Part shown: piece after piece, positions 11,935 through 23,655 of the stretch
Layout of the letters: the number at the start of each line of letters is the position of its first letter
Numbering within the stretch: the first letter of the stretch is position 1
NCBI GenBank assembly: GCA_043228905.1
Contig: JBHGNT010000013.1
Location: 744,001-808,000 of the forward strand
Source: Azolla caroliniana
Taxonomy: Eukaryota > Plantae > Polypodiophyta
DNA length: 64,000 nucleotides
Direction: 5' to 3'
The notes under the pieces: model-generated
What the model was told of the DNA's origin: nothing
Databases searched by the model: none
The model's input: only the letters and a program-made list of their open reading frames with translations
Translations under genes and position numbers: made by a program

Positions 11935-13066
11935 TGTCACGGAAATCCGCACGCGTGTGTCGGATCAAGCGGAACCACCGGGGTCACGAACCAGGGAGAG
12001 ATGGATACCAGAAGGCTGTTTTCTTTGGGGTCGGTTACTCCAGTTGTGGCCCCAACTGGGATAATTCTGGACGCGAGCCGGAACCAACTGGTCTGGATAG
12101 ATCCGAATGTGACCGGATGGATCCGGATGTGTTCCAGAAGCAACCAAATTGAAGCTATATAGGGAGAGCACATGCACGCACACCAGCTCTTGCACCCGCT
12201 TATGTACAAAAAAGGGAAGAGAAAAAATCACGCGACCTAACCTCCGTATCGGTATATACAAGACGACCAGTCTCCGAACTGAAAAGAGGAGACACATCGC
12301 GACACAAAACGACTCGGCACACACACACATCACAAGCGCATCCGGACAGGATGAAAACCCAAAGACACCGACACAGACATATGCACACCAAAGTTTCTCA
12401 TATATATTTACAAGGGACACAAGTTACAACGCCAGTTTCGAGCCGGTCCAATACCGAATAGATACAGCGGCCATCCACAGGCAAGGTCTAGTCAGGGAGC
12501 ATTCGGGCTCGCCTACGTGGGTTGAAGCCTAGCGCTAAGAGCGGGCTTTCTTACCGAAGCACAACGGTTGTCTGCCGTCGAGCCGCTAGTCGGGGAGCAC
12601 TCGGGCTCGCCTACGCGAATGGGGTCTTGCACAGGAGACAGAGTTACGAACGAAAACCCTCAGAGAATACGATCCCTCAACCAAACTAAACCCAAAGTGG
12701 GGAACTAACAAAAACTCAAAACCCACCAAAGACTGGGAACCCTAAACCTCCACTCCAGAAGAAAAACCCAACCCACATGATGGGGAAGAAGAAGACCTAA
12801 ATGAAACCCTAAAATAAAGTAAGAAGAAGAGAAAACTACCATTCCTCAGATCTAATGATATACCCTCCCAACTCAAAATGGACAACCCCTTCATAAGAGA
12901 CCCCTCCCTCCTTTTATAGTTCAAGGAGGGAAGGATGTTACAATGCGGGATAAATATCTCCTATTATTTTATATACATTTCCTAATGTACATGTGCACAT
13001 GTTGCACATCGACGACTTTGCCCATTCCATCCGGTTTTCTCACTATGGCCGGAAATGTTCGCGACA
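11935..13066 (-). mobile_element. Solo LTR (1132 bp), Ty3/gypsy-type, 4-bp TSD ACGG
   Basis: TGTCAC...GCGACA termini; ACGG at 11931-11934 and 13067-13070; minus-strand TATA (ctataaaa) at ~12913-12920; second copy at 1-656. Confidence 0.92.
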
Positions 13067-13582
13067 ACGGTCTTTTGATTTGCCTCTTTTCTTTGCCTTG
13101 TGTTCATGTTGTTGCCAACTCTCCAAGCAAGAAGAAACTTTTAAACTTCTCACATCCGACCATTACCTAAATAGAAGATGATAAAGGAGAAGTTAAAGTT
13201 AAAATAATTGCTAAAATAATTTAATCATTTACTTTATTAAAGTTAAAATTACTCTTATCAAAAGATTGTTAACTTTATATCTATATTTTATTTATTATTG
13301 CCATTATCATTATTATTTATATCTATATTTTATTTATTATTGCTATTATTATTATTTCATAATTATATTTTTTTTACCATTTTAAATCTATTTTTTTAAT
13401 GTTTTTTTTATTTTATTGTTTTATTTATTTATTTATTTTTCTTTTCCTATTTTATTTTACATTAATTTTTTTCAACAACGGAAGCAAAGGTGTGAGCAAT
13501 GGTGGCAACATAACGATGGTAGGAGAAGCAGAGTCAAATGTTCAGCATTAGAGTCGATTGTTGAGAGGGGGAGAAAAGCACC

Positions 13583-13880
13583 AAAGGTAATTTAGAAATA
13601 TTAGATAAGTTTTTATATAAATATATTTGTGTCTTCGAGGGGGCACGAAAGGTCATTTAAGAAAAGTTACATAAGTTTTTAAATAATTATATTTGTGTCT
13701 TCAAGGGGGCACAAAAGGTAATTAGAAAAATTAGATAAATTTTTATATAATTATATTTGTGGGCTAGGGGCACAAACGGAAACAAAAGAAAAGTTAGATA
13801 AGTTTTTATAGTTTTATAATTGTGACCTCATGAAGGAGGGGGGCGAAAGGTAATTAAACAAAGCTAGATAAATGTTTATA
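13583..13880. repeat. Degenerate ~60-65-bp tandem repeat, ~5 units
   Basis: Recurring aaaggtaatt..aaaa(g)ttagataagtttttata..ttatatttgtgtcttc.agggggcac unit in AT-rich DNA. Confidence 0.7.
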
Positions 13881-14198
13881 ACTTTGCTCTATCCACACGC
13901 ATCATTTGGTGGACATGATGTTGGTTTCGACCGGTATAGCAAGTTTGACTGCCGTCATTTGAAAGCTTTACATCAGGACACTACATTGCGCTCGGAAATC
14001 GGAATTAAAATCTGACAAATCCTTCACGGTCCTCATGACGAAACCTTTGTAATGACATGACAAGTTTCCAACAAGGTTGATTGGTGATTCATTTTCCACC
14101 GATTTCACAAAAATTCACAAAACTTCATCTCCCAACCCGTTCCTTGTTTAATCTTGATTAGTTTAAACTCAAATTTGCACAAAATAATTGAAATATAG

Positions 14199-17100
14199 TG
14201 TTAATAATTAGGTAATTAACTAGGGTTAATTAAGGTCAAATTATGTGAGTATTGATCAAGCAGCGGAAGATTATGTGATTTTTGTGTGTATGTATGTGAG
14301 AGGAAGTGAGAGAGGAAGATACACTTATGAACAATAATATAAATGGGGGATGATTAACAAGAGTGTAGCTAAAGACCTTTCTCTATATTAATAAGCATCA
14401 AGTTACAAAAATACCCACAATGAGGTATATATACAACTCATGTGCAAGGGTGCACATGTGTGAGTAGAATATAGGTACAAGGATGTAAGTCCTATATTAA
14501 ATATACTTGGTAGTGGAGGATCTGCAATGTATCCCTACTTACGTACAAGTACAAGATCCTATTTGAGGATTTAAAAGGTCAACACACTAACTAGATTCTA
14601 TCTAGGTAACTACTAAGTTACGTGGTTAACTAAATGGCTAAACTTAGTTGAGCTTGATATCTCAACATGCCCCCTCAAGCTCAAGTATGAGGCGCCTGAC
14701 GTCCTTGTTGGGCTTTCGGCTTCATCCACTTTCGTCAGGCTCTCGGCTTTCTTCGGCCTTTCCACAGCAGTTTCAGTTCCTCCCCCTCAAGCTTGTGATG
14801 AAGGCTTGTAGTGTTAGAGGGTTGAAGGCCGAGTGCTTCCATCCGTCGTGGTTCATGAGCCGCTTCTGTAGAGCTTTCGAGCTCTTGTTCAGCCGCTACA
14901 TTCATCGTGAAGGCAAAATGATAGGCCATATACTCGTTATACCCAAACCGAGTGACCACGTTCTTCTCTCGTGATGAGCGAAGAAGTTTTTCGCTTGCCA
15001 ATGTGAGCGCCTTCTTTACTTCGGGTGTCTAGTGAGGGAGCTGACACAGCCAAATCACTATCATCGGGGTGGTCGACCTTATATTCGGGCATCTTACCTT
15101 TTCCTTTGTCCAATTTCAAACTAAGTTGGTCGCGATATGTTGTGGTTGTGTGAAGGCTCATGTGGTCCACTGAGCTCGGTAGAGCTTGGACTGTTGTTTG
15201 GTAAGGAATTGGTCGAATATCATCATCCGAGTTGACATCCAACTCTTCCTCGATCGGCTCAGATGGAGCCGAATCGGGCTCATACCATGATGTTGATTCA
15301 TCGGAAACTATGTCTTGACTTACCCGAATAGCTCGGGTCGAGGAATTAAAGCACTTGTATCCCTTTTCCTCGAATGAGTATCCTACGAGGATACATTTCT
15401 CTGACTTCACGTCGAGCTTCTATTGTTGTTCGTTTGGGATGTGTACATTCGCAATGCTTCCGAACACTTTGAGGTTTGAAAGGATTGGCTTCCTTCCGAC
15501 AAAGAGCTCATATAGAGTTAGCTCATGCACCCCATTAGTCGTGCATCAATTCATGAGATAGACGGTCGTGGATGCCTCTTTGGCCCAATAGAAATTTGGC
15601 ATGTGCTTCTCATGCATAATGGCGCGTGTTGCCTCGAGTATGTGCCGATTCTTCCTTTTGGCGACTCCATTTTGTTGGGGTGTGTGTCGGCATGAGTATT
15701 CTCTCCGAATGCCTTCACCTTGGAGGTAGGAGATGAATTCGTCCAAGAAGTACTCCTTGCCTCCACCCATCGTAGGCATCAAATATGTCGACTGGTTTCT
15801 TTTTCTACTTGGCTCTTGAGCTTTTGAAAGTGGGAGAGCACTTCACTCTTCTTCTTCATTGGGAAGATCCACGTGTAGTGGGAGTAGTCGTCAATGAAGG
15901 TGACCTAGTAACATCATCCGCCGATCGTCGGCATTTGAACCGGTCCCCATACATCCGAATGTATGACGTCGAGGAGGCCTTTGCTTATGTAGCTCTCCTT
16001 TGGAAAGGGAAGTCGGTGTTGTTTGCCAAGTTGACATGCTTCGCACACTTGGTCGACTCGTTTCGACTCAAAGGCCGGAAGTCCAATGACAACTCCCTTT
16101 GATTGCATCACTCGAAGTCGTTTGAGATTGATGTGGCCGATTCTCTTGAGCCATAACTCGATGCTCGTCTCGGTTTTGAACTTGGCCGATTTTACCTCAT
16201 CCGAATCGAGAATAAACATTCAGCCTTGTTTTCTTCCTCTAGTTATGAGTCGGCCATTCTTTTCTAAGAAGCATCCTTCGTTGTTAAAACGAACTTGCAT
16301 TCCTTGCTCCACGATTTGGCCTACCTAGACCAAATTCTTCGTTATTGTAGGCACGTGCAAGACATTCTTGATGCAATTGTTTTTACCGTTGTTGTCGAAT
16401 GGAACGTTGCCGATGTGGCGAATGGGATGTGTGGTATCATCTCTCATCTCTATGTAGTCAGGTTGATCTGGCGTTCTTATGTCACGAAACCACTCTTGGT
16501 GTAACGTTATATGGTGTGATGCGCCAGAGTCGATGAAAAACACGTCTTCCGAGTTGGAGGTGCTTATGGAGTCGGAGGCTGACATAGAGTTCGCTCTATG
16601 TCTCATTACAAATAGTCCACCATAGTCATCGTATTCAGAGTTGGTGGCGTAGTTTATGAGTTGTCGGCTTGTCGAAGCCAACTCATTTCTTTTCTTTCGG
16701 CACTCCTCTTTGCCGTGGCCGATTTTGCCGCAATAGTTGCAAGTAGTGGGCCTCATTTGCCAACCTTGTCTAGCATGGAAGCTCCCCCTTCTTCCGAAGG
16801 TTCCTCGATGGCTTCCGTCTTGTTGTCGAAGGTTTGAGTTCCCTTTGTGAGATGGGTCAAATCAACCTCTTCTACCGCCACGACCTCGTCCTCGGCCACC
16901 ATCCGAATTCGATAAGAACATTTGTCCTTCCGACATCTTGGTCTTGGTTCGGACGTGGTTCTCTTCAACCAATAACATTGATTGGAGGTCGAAAAATGAA
17001 GGAGGGTTTTCTCTCGCTAAGATAGTCGTCCTTATCGGGTAGAACCGATGTGCATGGCCGCACAAGCATACTTGAACCATCTCGTGTTCGTCGACCTTTA

Positions 17101-18175
17101 CATCGATGGATCCAAGTGAGTCGCAAATGCTCTTGATCTTGGCGGTGTAGTCCGACATGAGCATATTTTTTTGTTGTATGTTGTTCAACTCTTGGTGGAG
17201 TTGAAGCTTGCGGGCGGTCATGTTGGCAGTGAAAATTTTCTTTAAGTTCGCCCACTTTTCTTTAGGCGTCTTGGCATCTCAAATGGGTCTCAAATGTGGC
17301 TAAGCATGTGGTAATGGACACATGTTGCAAAGCAATACATTGCCCGACTCGCTCCTTGCTCCCATGCTAGGCTGTTGGCGTTTGTAATGTTGGGTTTGTT
17401 TCGAATGCACCGTTGATGTAGCTCCAATACCCTTGGCCGACTAGGTATTGGTTCATCTTGTACTCCCAAGATGAAAAATTGCTCCAGTCTAGCTTTTCAC
17501 TAGGGAGCGAGCTACCCATTTGTGTGTTCATGTTAATGTAGTGTCTTCCTTCTTGGCTTTTCTTCCTATGGTCACGTACACATCCTATGTAGCGACACTA
17601 TGGTAGCGGATAACAAGATTTGTCGTCGGTGTCTCGAACACACAATCACGGTCAACGGGAACTAGAACACCAACGAATGGGCTTAGTGGATGTACTAAAT
17701 CATATGCTCTGATACCATGTTAATAATCAGGTAATTAACTAGGGTTAATTAAGGTCAAATTATGTGAGTATTGATCAAGCAGCAGAAGATTGTGTGATTT
17801 GTGTGTGTATGTATGTGAGAGGAAGTGAGAGAGGAAGATACACTTATGAACAATAATATAAATGGGGGATGATTAACAAGGGTGTAGCTAAAGACCTTTC
17901 TCTATATTAATAAGCATCAAGTTACAAAAATACCCACAATGAGGTATATATACAACTCATGTGCAAGGGTGCACATGTGTGAGTAGAATATAGGTACAAG
18001 GATGTAAGTCCTATATTAAATATACTTGGTAGTGGAGGATCTGCAATGTATCCCCACTTACGTACAAGTACAAGATCCTATTTGAGGACACACACTAACT
18101 AGATTCTATCTAGGTAACTACTAAGTTACGTGGTTAACTAAATGGCTAAGCTTAGTTGAGCTTGATATCTCAACA
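14199..18175 (-). mobile_element. Ty1/copia element with RT-RNase H internally deleted (3977 bp)
   Basis: LTRs 14199-14667 and 17718-18175 (few substitutions, 11-bp indel); PBS tRNA-iMet at 17706-17717; PPT at 14668-14677; TSD TATAG/TATAT (1 mismatch). Confidence 0.95.
14780..17520 (-). pseudogene. Disrupted copia gag-PR-IN; RT/RH absent
   Basis: Fragments: ARKLQLHQELNNIQQ (gag), CNYCGKIGHGKEEC, FFIDSGASHH, LWLKRIGH..CEAC, IHSDVWGP, TPQQNGVAKRKNR, KCILVGYS. Joins the pol end at ~14830 without YVDD. Confidence 0.9.
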
Positions 18176-19768
18176 TATATATTATATTAAAAAATTTTAA
18201 CTTATAAGTTCGTTAGGGTGTGCCAATACAATGAGAAAATCTTTCAGCTCCATTACATGGATTAGCAAAGAAGAAAAGGAGATCATGAAAATGTAGATAG
18301 AAGTATAGCTATCAAGGTAAAGAACACAAGTGAAGCTTTAGGGGGAGATCCTCGAGTTCGGGAACAATCCAACGAACGATGACCATGTATCCTTTTGTCA
18401 ATGTTGTTCTTGCACACCCTCTTGATTCGCAACCCTAGCTCTCTTTGGATTTCAATAGTAGCACTTCCGCCTTGTCTACCTTGTCTCTAACTTGCCCCCC
18501 AAACAATGAGCCCTCTCCACTTTTTTATAAGATTCGGGAACCTTTCACACGAATAAAATTAGTGGGTTCTTCTTTAGTTTATCACACACCATGCTTTTTT
18601 ATCACTTGCATGCTCTATTTTTCCCTCTAGCACCTAATGCTAGGCTCTAGCAAAAAAATCTATAATTATAATGTATAAACCATTCCATTCATTTATCCAC
18701 TTACTCTCCTACAATTCAAAGAGGACTCAAACCTCTAACCTTCGACCCAAAGAATAAGCTCCTATTGGTTAAGCTAAACCTTTTTGTTGATTATATACAC
18801 TCGAACTTAATATACCATTCAATCTTTTTTACATTTCTAGTTTAACTTTTTTCTTCCTAGTATGCATTTCCCACATCACGACAACGGTGCTACGAGTATA
18901 TGCATGAGTTAAATCCTCAATTCTACCAATATCAAATAAATTTCAAGAAGTATTCCACATCCATCAAGTAGCATTTATACAAGATGAACTCTACCTACTC
19001 GGCCCTCATCAAAGATCTGGGTTTGTGTTGACTATTGAAAGCTAAATTTGGACACCATCTATGATTCCTTTACTTTGCCATTCATGGACAACACCATGGG
19101 TGCCGTCATCATGCACGCAATGCATATCTTGCTCAACAGTTTCAACATAGACAATCAAATACATGCACCTATTGTTGAAGAAACCTTAAGTCAAATTCAT
19201 TTTGTGAGACGTCACATGTCAAATGTAGCATTTCTCTATTACCTTCAACGTAGTTATGACCATATGCACCAAGTGAGTTTCAAGGTATTAGATTACCAAC
19301 TTCCAAATTTAACAAATGTTGGAATTTGGGCCACATCATACTTTCAGTAAATTATCAAGCAACGTTTATAATGGAAATTTGATTATATATATCTTATTGT
19401 TAGTTTGGTTATGATGAAGCATGAAAGTCATTGGAGGACAAAATATTTGTCAGAAACTCTTAAATACCCTAAAAACTGACATGAACGTGATAAATTGTTC
19501 AAATAATCAAGGCCATTTTGGGGAAATACTAGGAACGTAAGGGAATTTGAGAAAATAAAGAGAAACTCGTCAATATTTCAAAACATCCTATCCCCAAATA
19601 GTTTAGTGAGCTTGGGCATGTGAGCTATTTTATATTCCTGAGTTTTCTGACAACCCATTGTTTTAAAGAAGGTTTAAAAACTAGGATAAAAGATAGATTT
19701 TTCTTTCAGTGGTATTGGTAATTTCCACATTTGCCTTATGGTTCCCATTAGTATAGAGTATCCCCTCG

Positions 19769-19975
19769 AAAATGAACCATTTAAGACAAAAAAACACTGA
19801 CCCCAAAACTAGATAAGAAGAACCAGCTCACAATCCAACCTTAATGAATAAACTATCTTTTTAATAAAAATGAACCATTTAAGACAAAAACATTGGCTCC
19901 AAAACTAGATAAGAAGAACCAGCTAACAAACCAACCTTATAATGAATAAACTATCTTTTTAATAAAAAAATGAAA
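19769..19975. repeat. Tandem duplication, 2 x ~98 bp
   Basis: aaaatgaaccatttaagacaaaaa...ctagataagaagaaccagct...aatgaataaactatcttttt occurs twice. Confidence 0.85.
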
Positions 19976-22900
19976 AAAAGGTAATATAAATGAAGATTAA
20001 ATCAGAATATACTAATAGAAATTTGTAGTCAACTCTTCTTACATAAATTAAAACGTGAGGATTTCGGTAAAACCAATGCCATGATCTATATACATGGAGA
20101 ACTCCGAACAAGTTACACGATGGGATGTGTAGATATTGAATCATGTCTCTACTATGTTGCCGGCCCAGCGTGATCGCCCGAATGTTTTGAATGACCATTC
20201 TTGAAATAGACGAAATTTGAATGCGATAAGAGAGTAATGAAATTAATAAAAACTAAAGAAGAAAGCTTCGAGATATACCCGAACAAAGGGAAAACAATAA
20301 TGAAATTGAGAGTGGCTTTTTCGAGGATTGACACGAAATTTTTTTTATAGCATAAATTCTGGAAAGTGTCAAATTTTCACTTTACGGCGTGTTCTTTTTG
20401 GAGGTATGGACAAAAAGACTTATTGTACTTCCATTAATTGGAAAGGCCAGCGTTCTCTCGACAATTATCTAAACTTTTAGCATGTGCCACTATTTCCACA
20501 TTGGCCTCCCCAATCTTGAAAGTCCTTGGTTGATGTGCACACGATTTTTCTTTATTATGTTAAGAATCTAATCTGCTCGGCTGATGTGCTTACTACCAGA
20601 AATGTCTTTTAGGTACTTAAAAGTGAATTGGGAACACAATGTACATTCAAATATTATTATTATTATTAAGATAGAATTTCTGGCTTGCGGAAGGAGCTTG
20701 ACGAGTAAGTATTAGAACATGCCAGTTGTCATGAATGATAACATCTAGCTAGAGATTTAGAATCGACGAAATGCATTCAGAACATGAAAGTTAAATTCGA
20801 GTTGCTTGCAAAACACCATAGTACAATCCGTGATGGAGTGACATGAATGATATTTCCATTATTGCCTCCCCCCTCAAAAGCAAGAAAAAAATAAAAAAGG
20901 TAAAGCGAACGAAATGAAACTTTCATCATCAATTAAAGAGGGGAGGGCCACCAAAATTTTCAAAAACAAGGCCAAATCTTTGAGTAAAACGAAGGTACGA
21001 ACGAGAGAGCGATAAGAGGACAATAAAGGGAAGACAAGATTCATCATGTTAGTGTCACCACTTTTTATCCGACTAATGGCATAGCCTCTGTTTTCATGGG
21101 AATATATGTAGCTCTTGTCTATCCAACAAAGCCATTGTGTGTATTTTGATCTAAACTAGTAGAACATTGAGGACCATATCCATGCTTTATTTCTTTACAT
21201 GTGTTCCTATTTACTACTAGCTATCCCTGGAATTTGTAGTTGTTTTTGACTTTTCACTTGACCAATTAAACACCCTTCCACTCACCCAATACCACATCAC
21301 CCACTAGCAACATTGAGAATATTCTCGCAACAAAGCAATTGGTTGTATTATCATACAAATAAATAAAGTGTCTCATGGATACGGAGGGTTAGAGTCGCTT
21401 TTCATGGCAAAATACTCATTCATGCTCATTTCTTTAAGCCAAAGAATGTTGTCAAGTTCAAGCCTCTAATCCTGTGCACAATAAAAACTCTAAACATGTT
21501 CGTCACACACAAACACACAAAGGAAAGAGGTCTAGGTCGATTACAAGAAATAATGTGCATGCTTAAATGCGATGTAATTGGTTTCGATAGTTGCATATTC
21601 TATCTCAATCGAGACTCGAGAACTAAATGTAATTGGTATATCTCAACTGTTTTCTTTCTTGAAAGTAGATTATGTGCAGAGCATGCATGTGTGGCAATAA
21701 TATTCTACATAATTCAACTCTAGCAAATAAATATTAGGACCCTTTATACGAGTTCTTCTACAAGTTAATAATGAAGTATGCATATGTATAAGAAGACAAA
21801 CCAATGTATTGATATGTCAATTTCTAGGTAATGGGTTTGCATTGAAACTTTAAAAAATACGAGGGAGAGTTGAATAACATCGTTTCAGCTCCATAATTTG
21901 TTTCGAGGTTTAGTCTAGAATATTCTGCAAAGCAGCATTTTCTCTTAATGGGCCAAACCAAAAGGACTATCGTTTACTTTTTTCACTTCCAAAAGACGTT
22001 CTCAACTAATCCAAAGACCATAACCGCTACCATCGAAAAATTAATAAGCCCCAAGCGCAAGTACCTCTTGCTACCAACACTTCATGGGTAAAATACTACG
22101 TTCAAAGGTAATTGTATGTGTTAAGGTTTAGCTAAGCTAGAACAAGTTATTTATAGATATAATTTGAGGGCCATGCATAGATACACATACATGCTACACA
22201 AATGTTTGACATGTCACTATGGTTGTATCTGTTCATGCAATACATGAATACATGCATGTCTGCATACATACATATATGCATAGGATTGATAGTATATGTG
22301 TAATATGCTAGTGCATGAATATATTGATGTGGGTGATTGTGTATTATGCATGTGCTTATGTGTGCATGGTAAAATGCAAGTACCAAGGTGGGGGGTACAT
22401 ATATCACTGACATCCTATATCATGGAAGTTTACATAGCCAGTTTGCTAGTAAAAGGAAAAAAAGAGAATCCATATCTTTTCCATCCCATCATGATTAAGA
22501 AATCCAATGTCAATTGCTTGTTTGTATGATTGAGATGCCTGTGTCAATCAACTGTTTGGCAACCGCAAGGTCATTAGTTCGATACACCGATATGGGGGAA
22601 TGTAGTTTTAGGAGATTGTGATATTATGGAAGTGGTTTGATTTGAACCCATATATAACCTTTTGGTGTGTTAATAGCTTAATAAAAGCCTAAACCCACTT
22701 GGATAGATTGGCTCCATCATGAACAAAAAACATTTAATTATTTTTGAGAAACACAACAAAATACATTGTTAAAATCAAAAATAAAAACATGTTCACATTA
22801 TTTTCACCTGCAGCAGTTCTTTTGAGGAGGAAATGCAGGTCTTCCTTCCACAAGAAAAAAGCTTTATTTATGAAGATGGGCCTTGATATGGAAAATATTG

Positions 22901-23355
22901 AAACCGTGGGTGTGGTTTCTCTTAGGTTTTCGCTTTTCCGACATCAAGCTAAAACCATACAAGAAGAACCAGCCAAGTAAAACAGTTCCACTCCTCTCAT
23001 AAGCATATAACTTATTGATGGCGAGTCGAGAGGGCCATACACAACAGCAAGGCTTCTTTCTCTCAAGGGGGTAAAAAAAAAAGGGGAAAAGAGATAAAGA
23101 AAGAAAACCCTAAGGTTTTTTTCATGGAGTCCATAAAAGGCTCATACATATACCAAGGACAAAGGAGATGATAATATTCATAGTAAGAAAAACCATAGAC
23201 TAAAGCATAAGCCTTACAATCCTAAAAAACACCCAACAAAAAAAAAGAACCACGAAAGGGAGCTAAGATTGACACGAGAGACGCATTGCGCTATCTTGTT
23301 TGGACGGAAGGGAGCTACCTCTTTAAACATAAGAAAAGAGATACGAATGGTTGGG

Positions 23356-23655
23356 TTAGAGGAAGCCAATGTGATCCGAAGAACCTCGCTTGAAGTCGAG
23401 AACAATAGAAGGTTGTTTGTGGAGTGGCGGGATTTGAACCTTGGTAGGTGGTGGGGAGATATTGCCGTGAGATGGACCAATGATGAGCCTTCTCTTCTTA
23501 TAATTCGCTTTGAAACAAGCTTGCCTTAGCCTCTTGGTCCTTTCGGCCAGCTCCGTCCCCGGCATCTCCTCCATCAGTTTCTTTTGTTCCTCCAATTCCT
23601 TCACTGCATTTAACACCCGTTCGGATGTCTTCACTCCTTGATCCTTGGCCAAATC
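23356..23655 (-). CDS. RKD: RKD exon 5, C-terminal RKD motif and stop
   Basis: Acceptor tatag|GAT; ELEEQKKLMEEMPGTELAERTKRLRQACFKANYKKRR; stop at 23356-23358. Confidence 0.93.
   Translation of the reverse strand, partial: DLAKDQGVKTSERVLNAVKELEEQKKLMEEMPGTELAERTKRLRQACFKANYKKRRLIIGPSHGNISPPPTKVQIPPLHKQPSIVLDFKRGSSDHIGFL

Noticed and set aside
13583-13880. CRISPR-like arrays (also 4872-5049 and 53358-54070)
   Set aside because: Repeats are degenerate with no unique spacers of constant length, no cas genes, and the context is eukaryotic.
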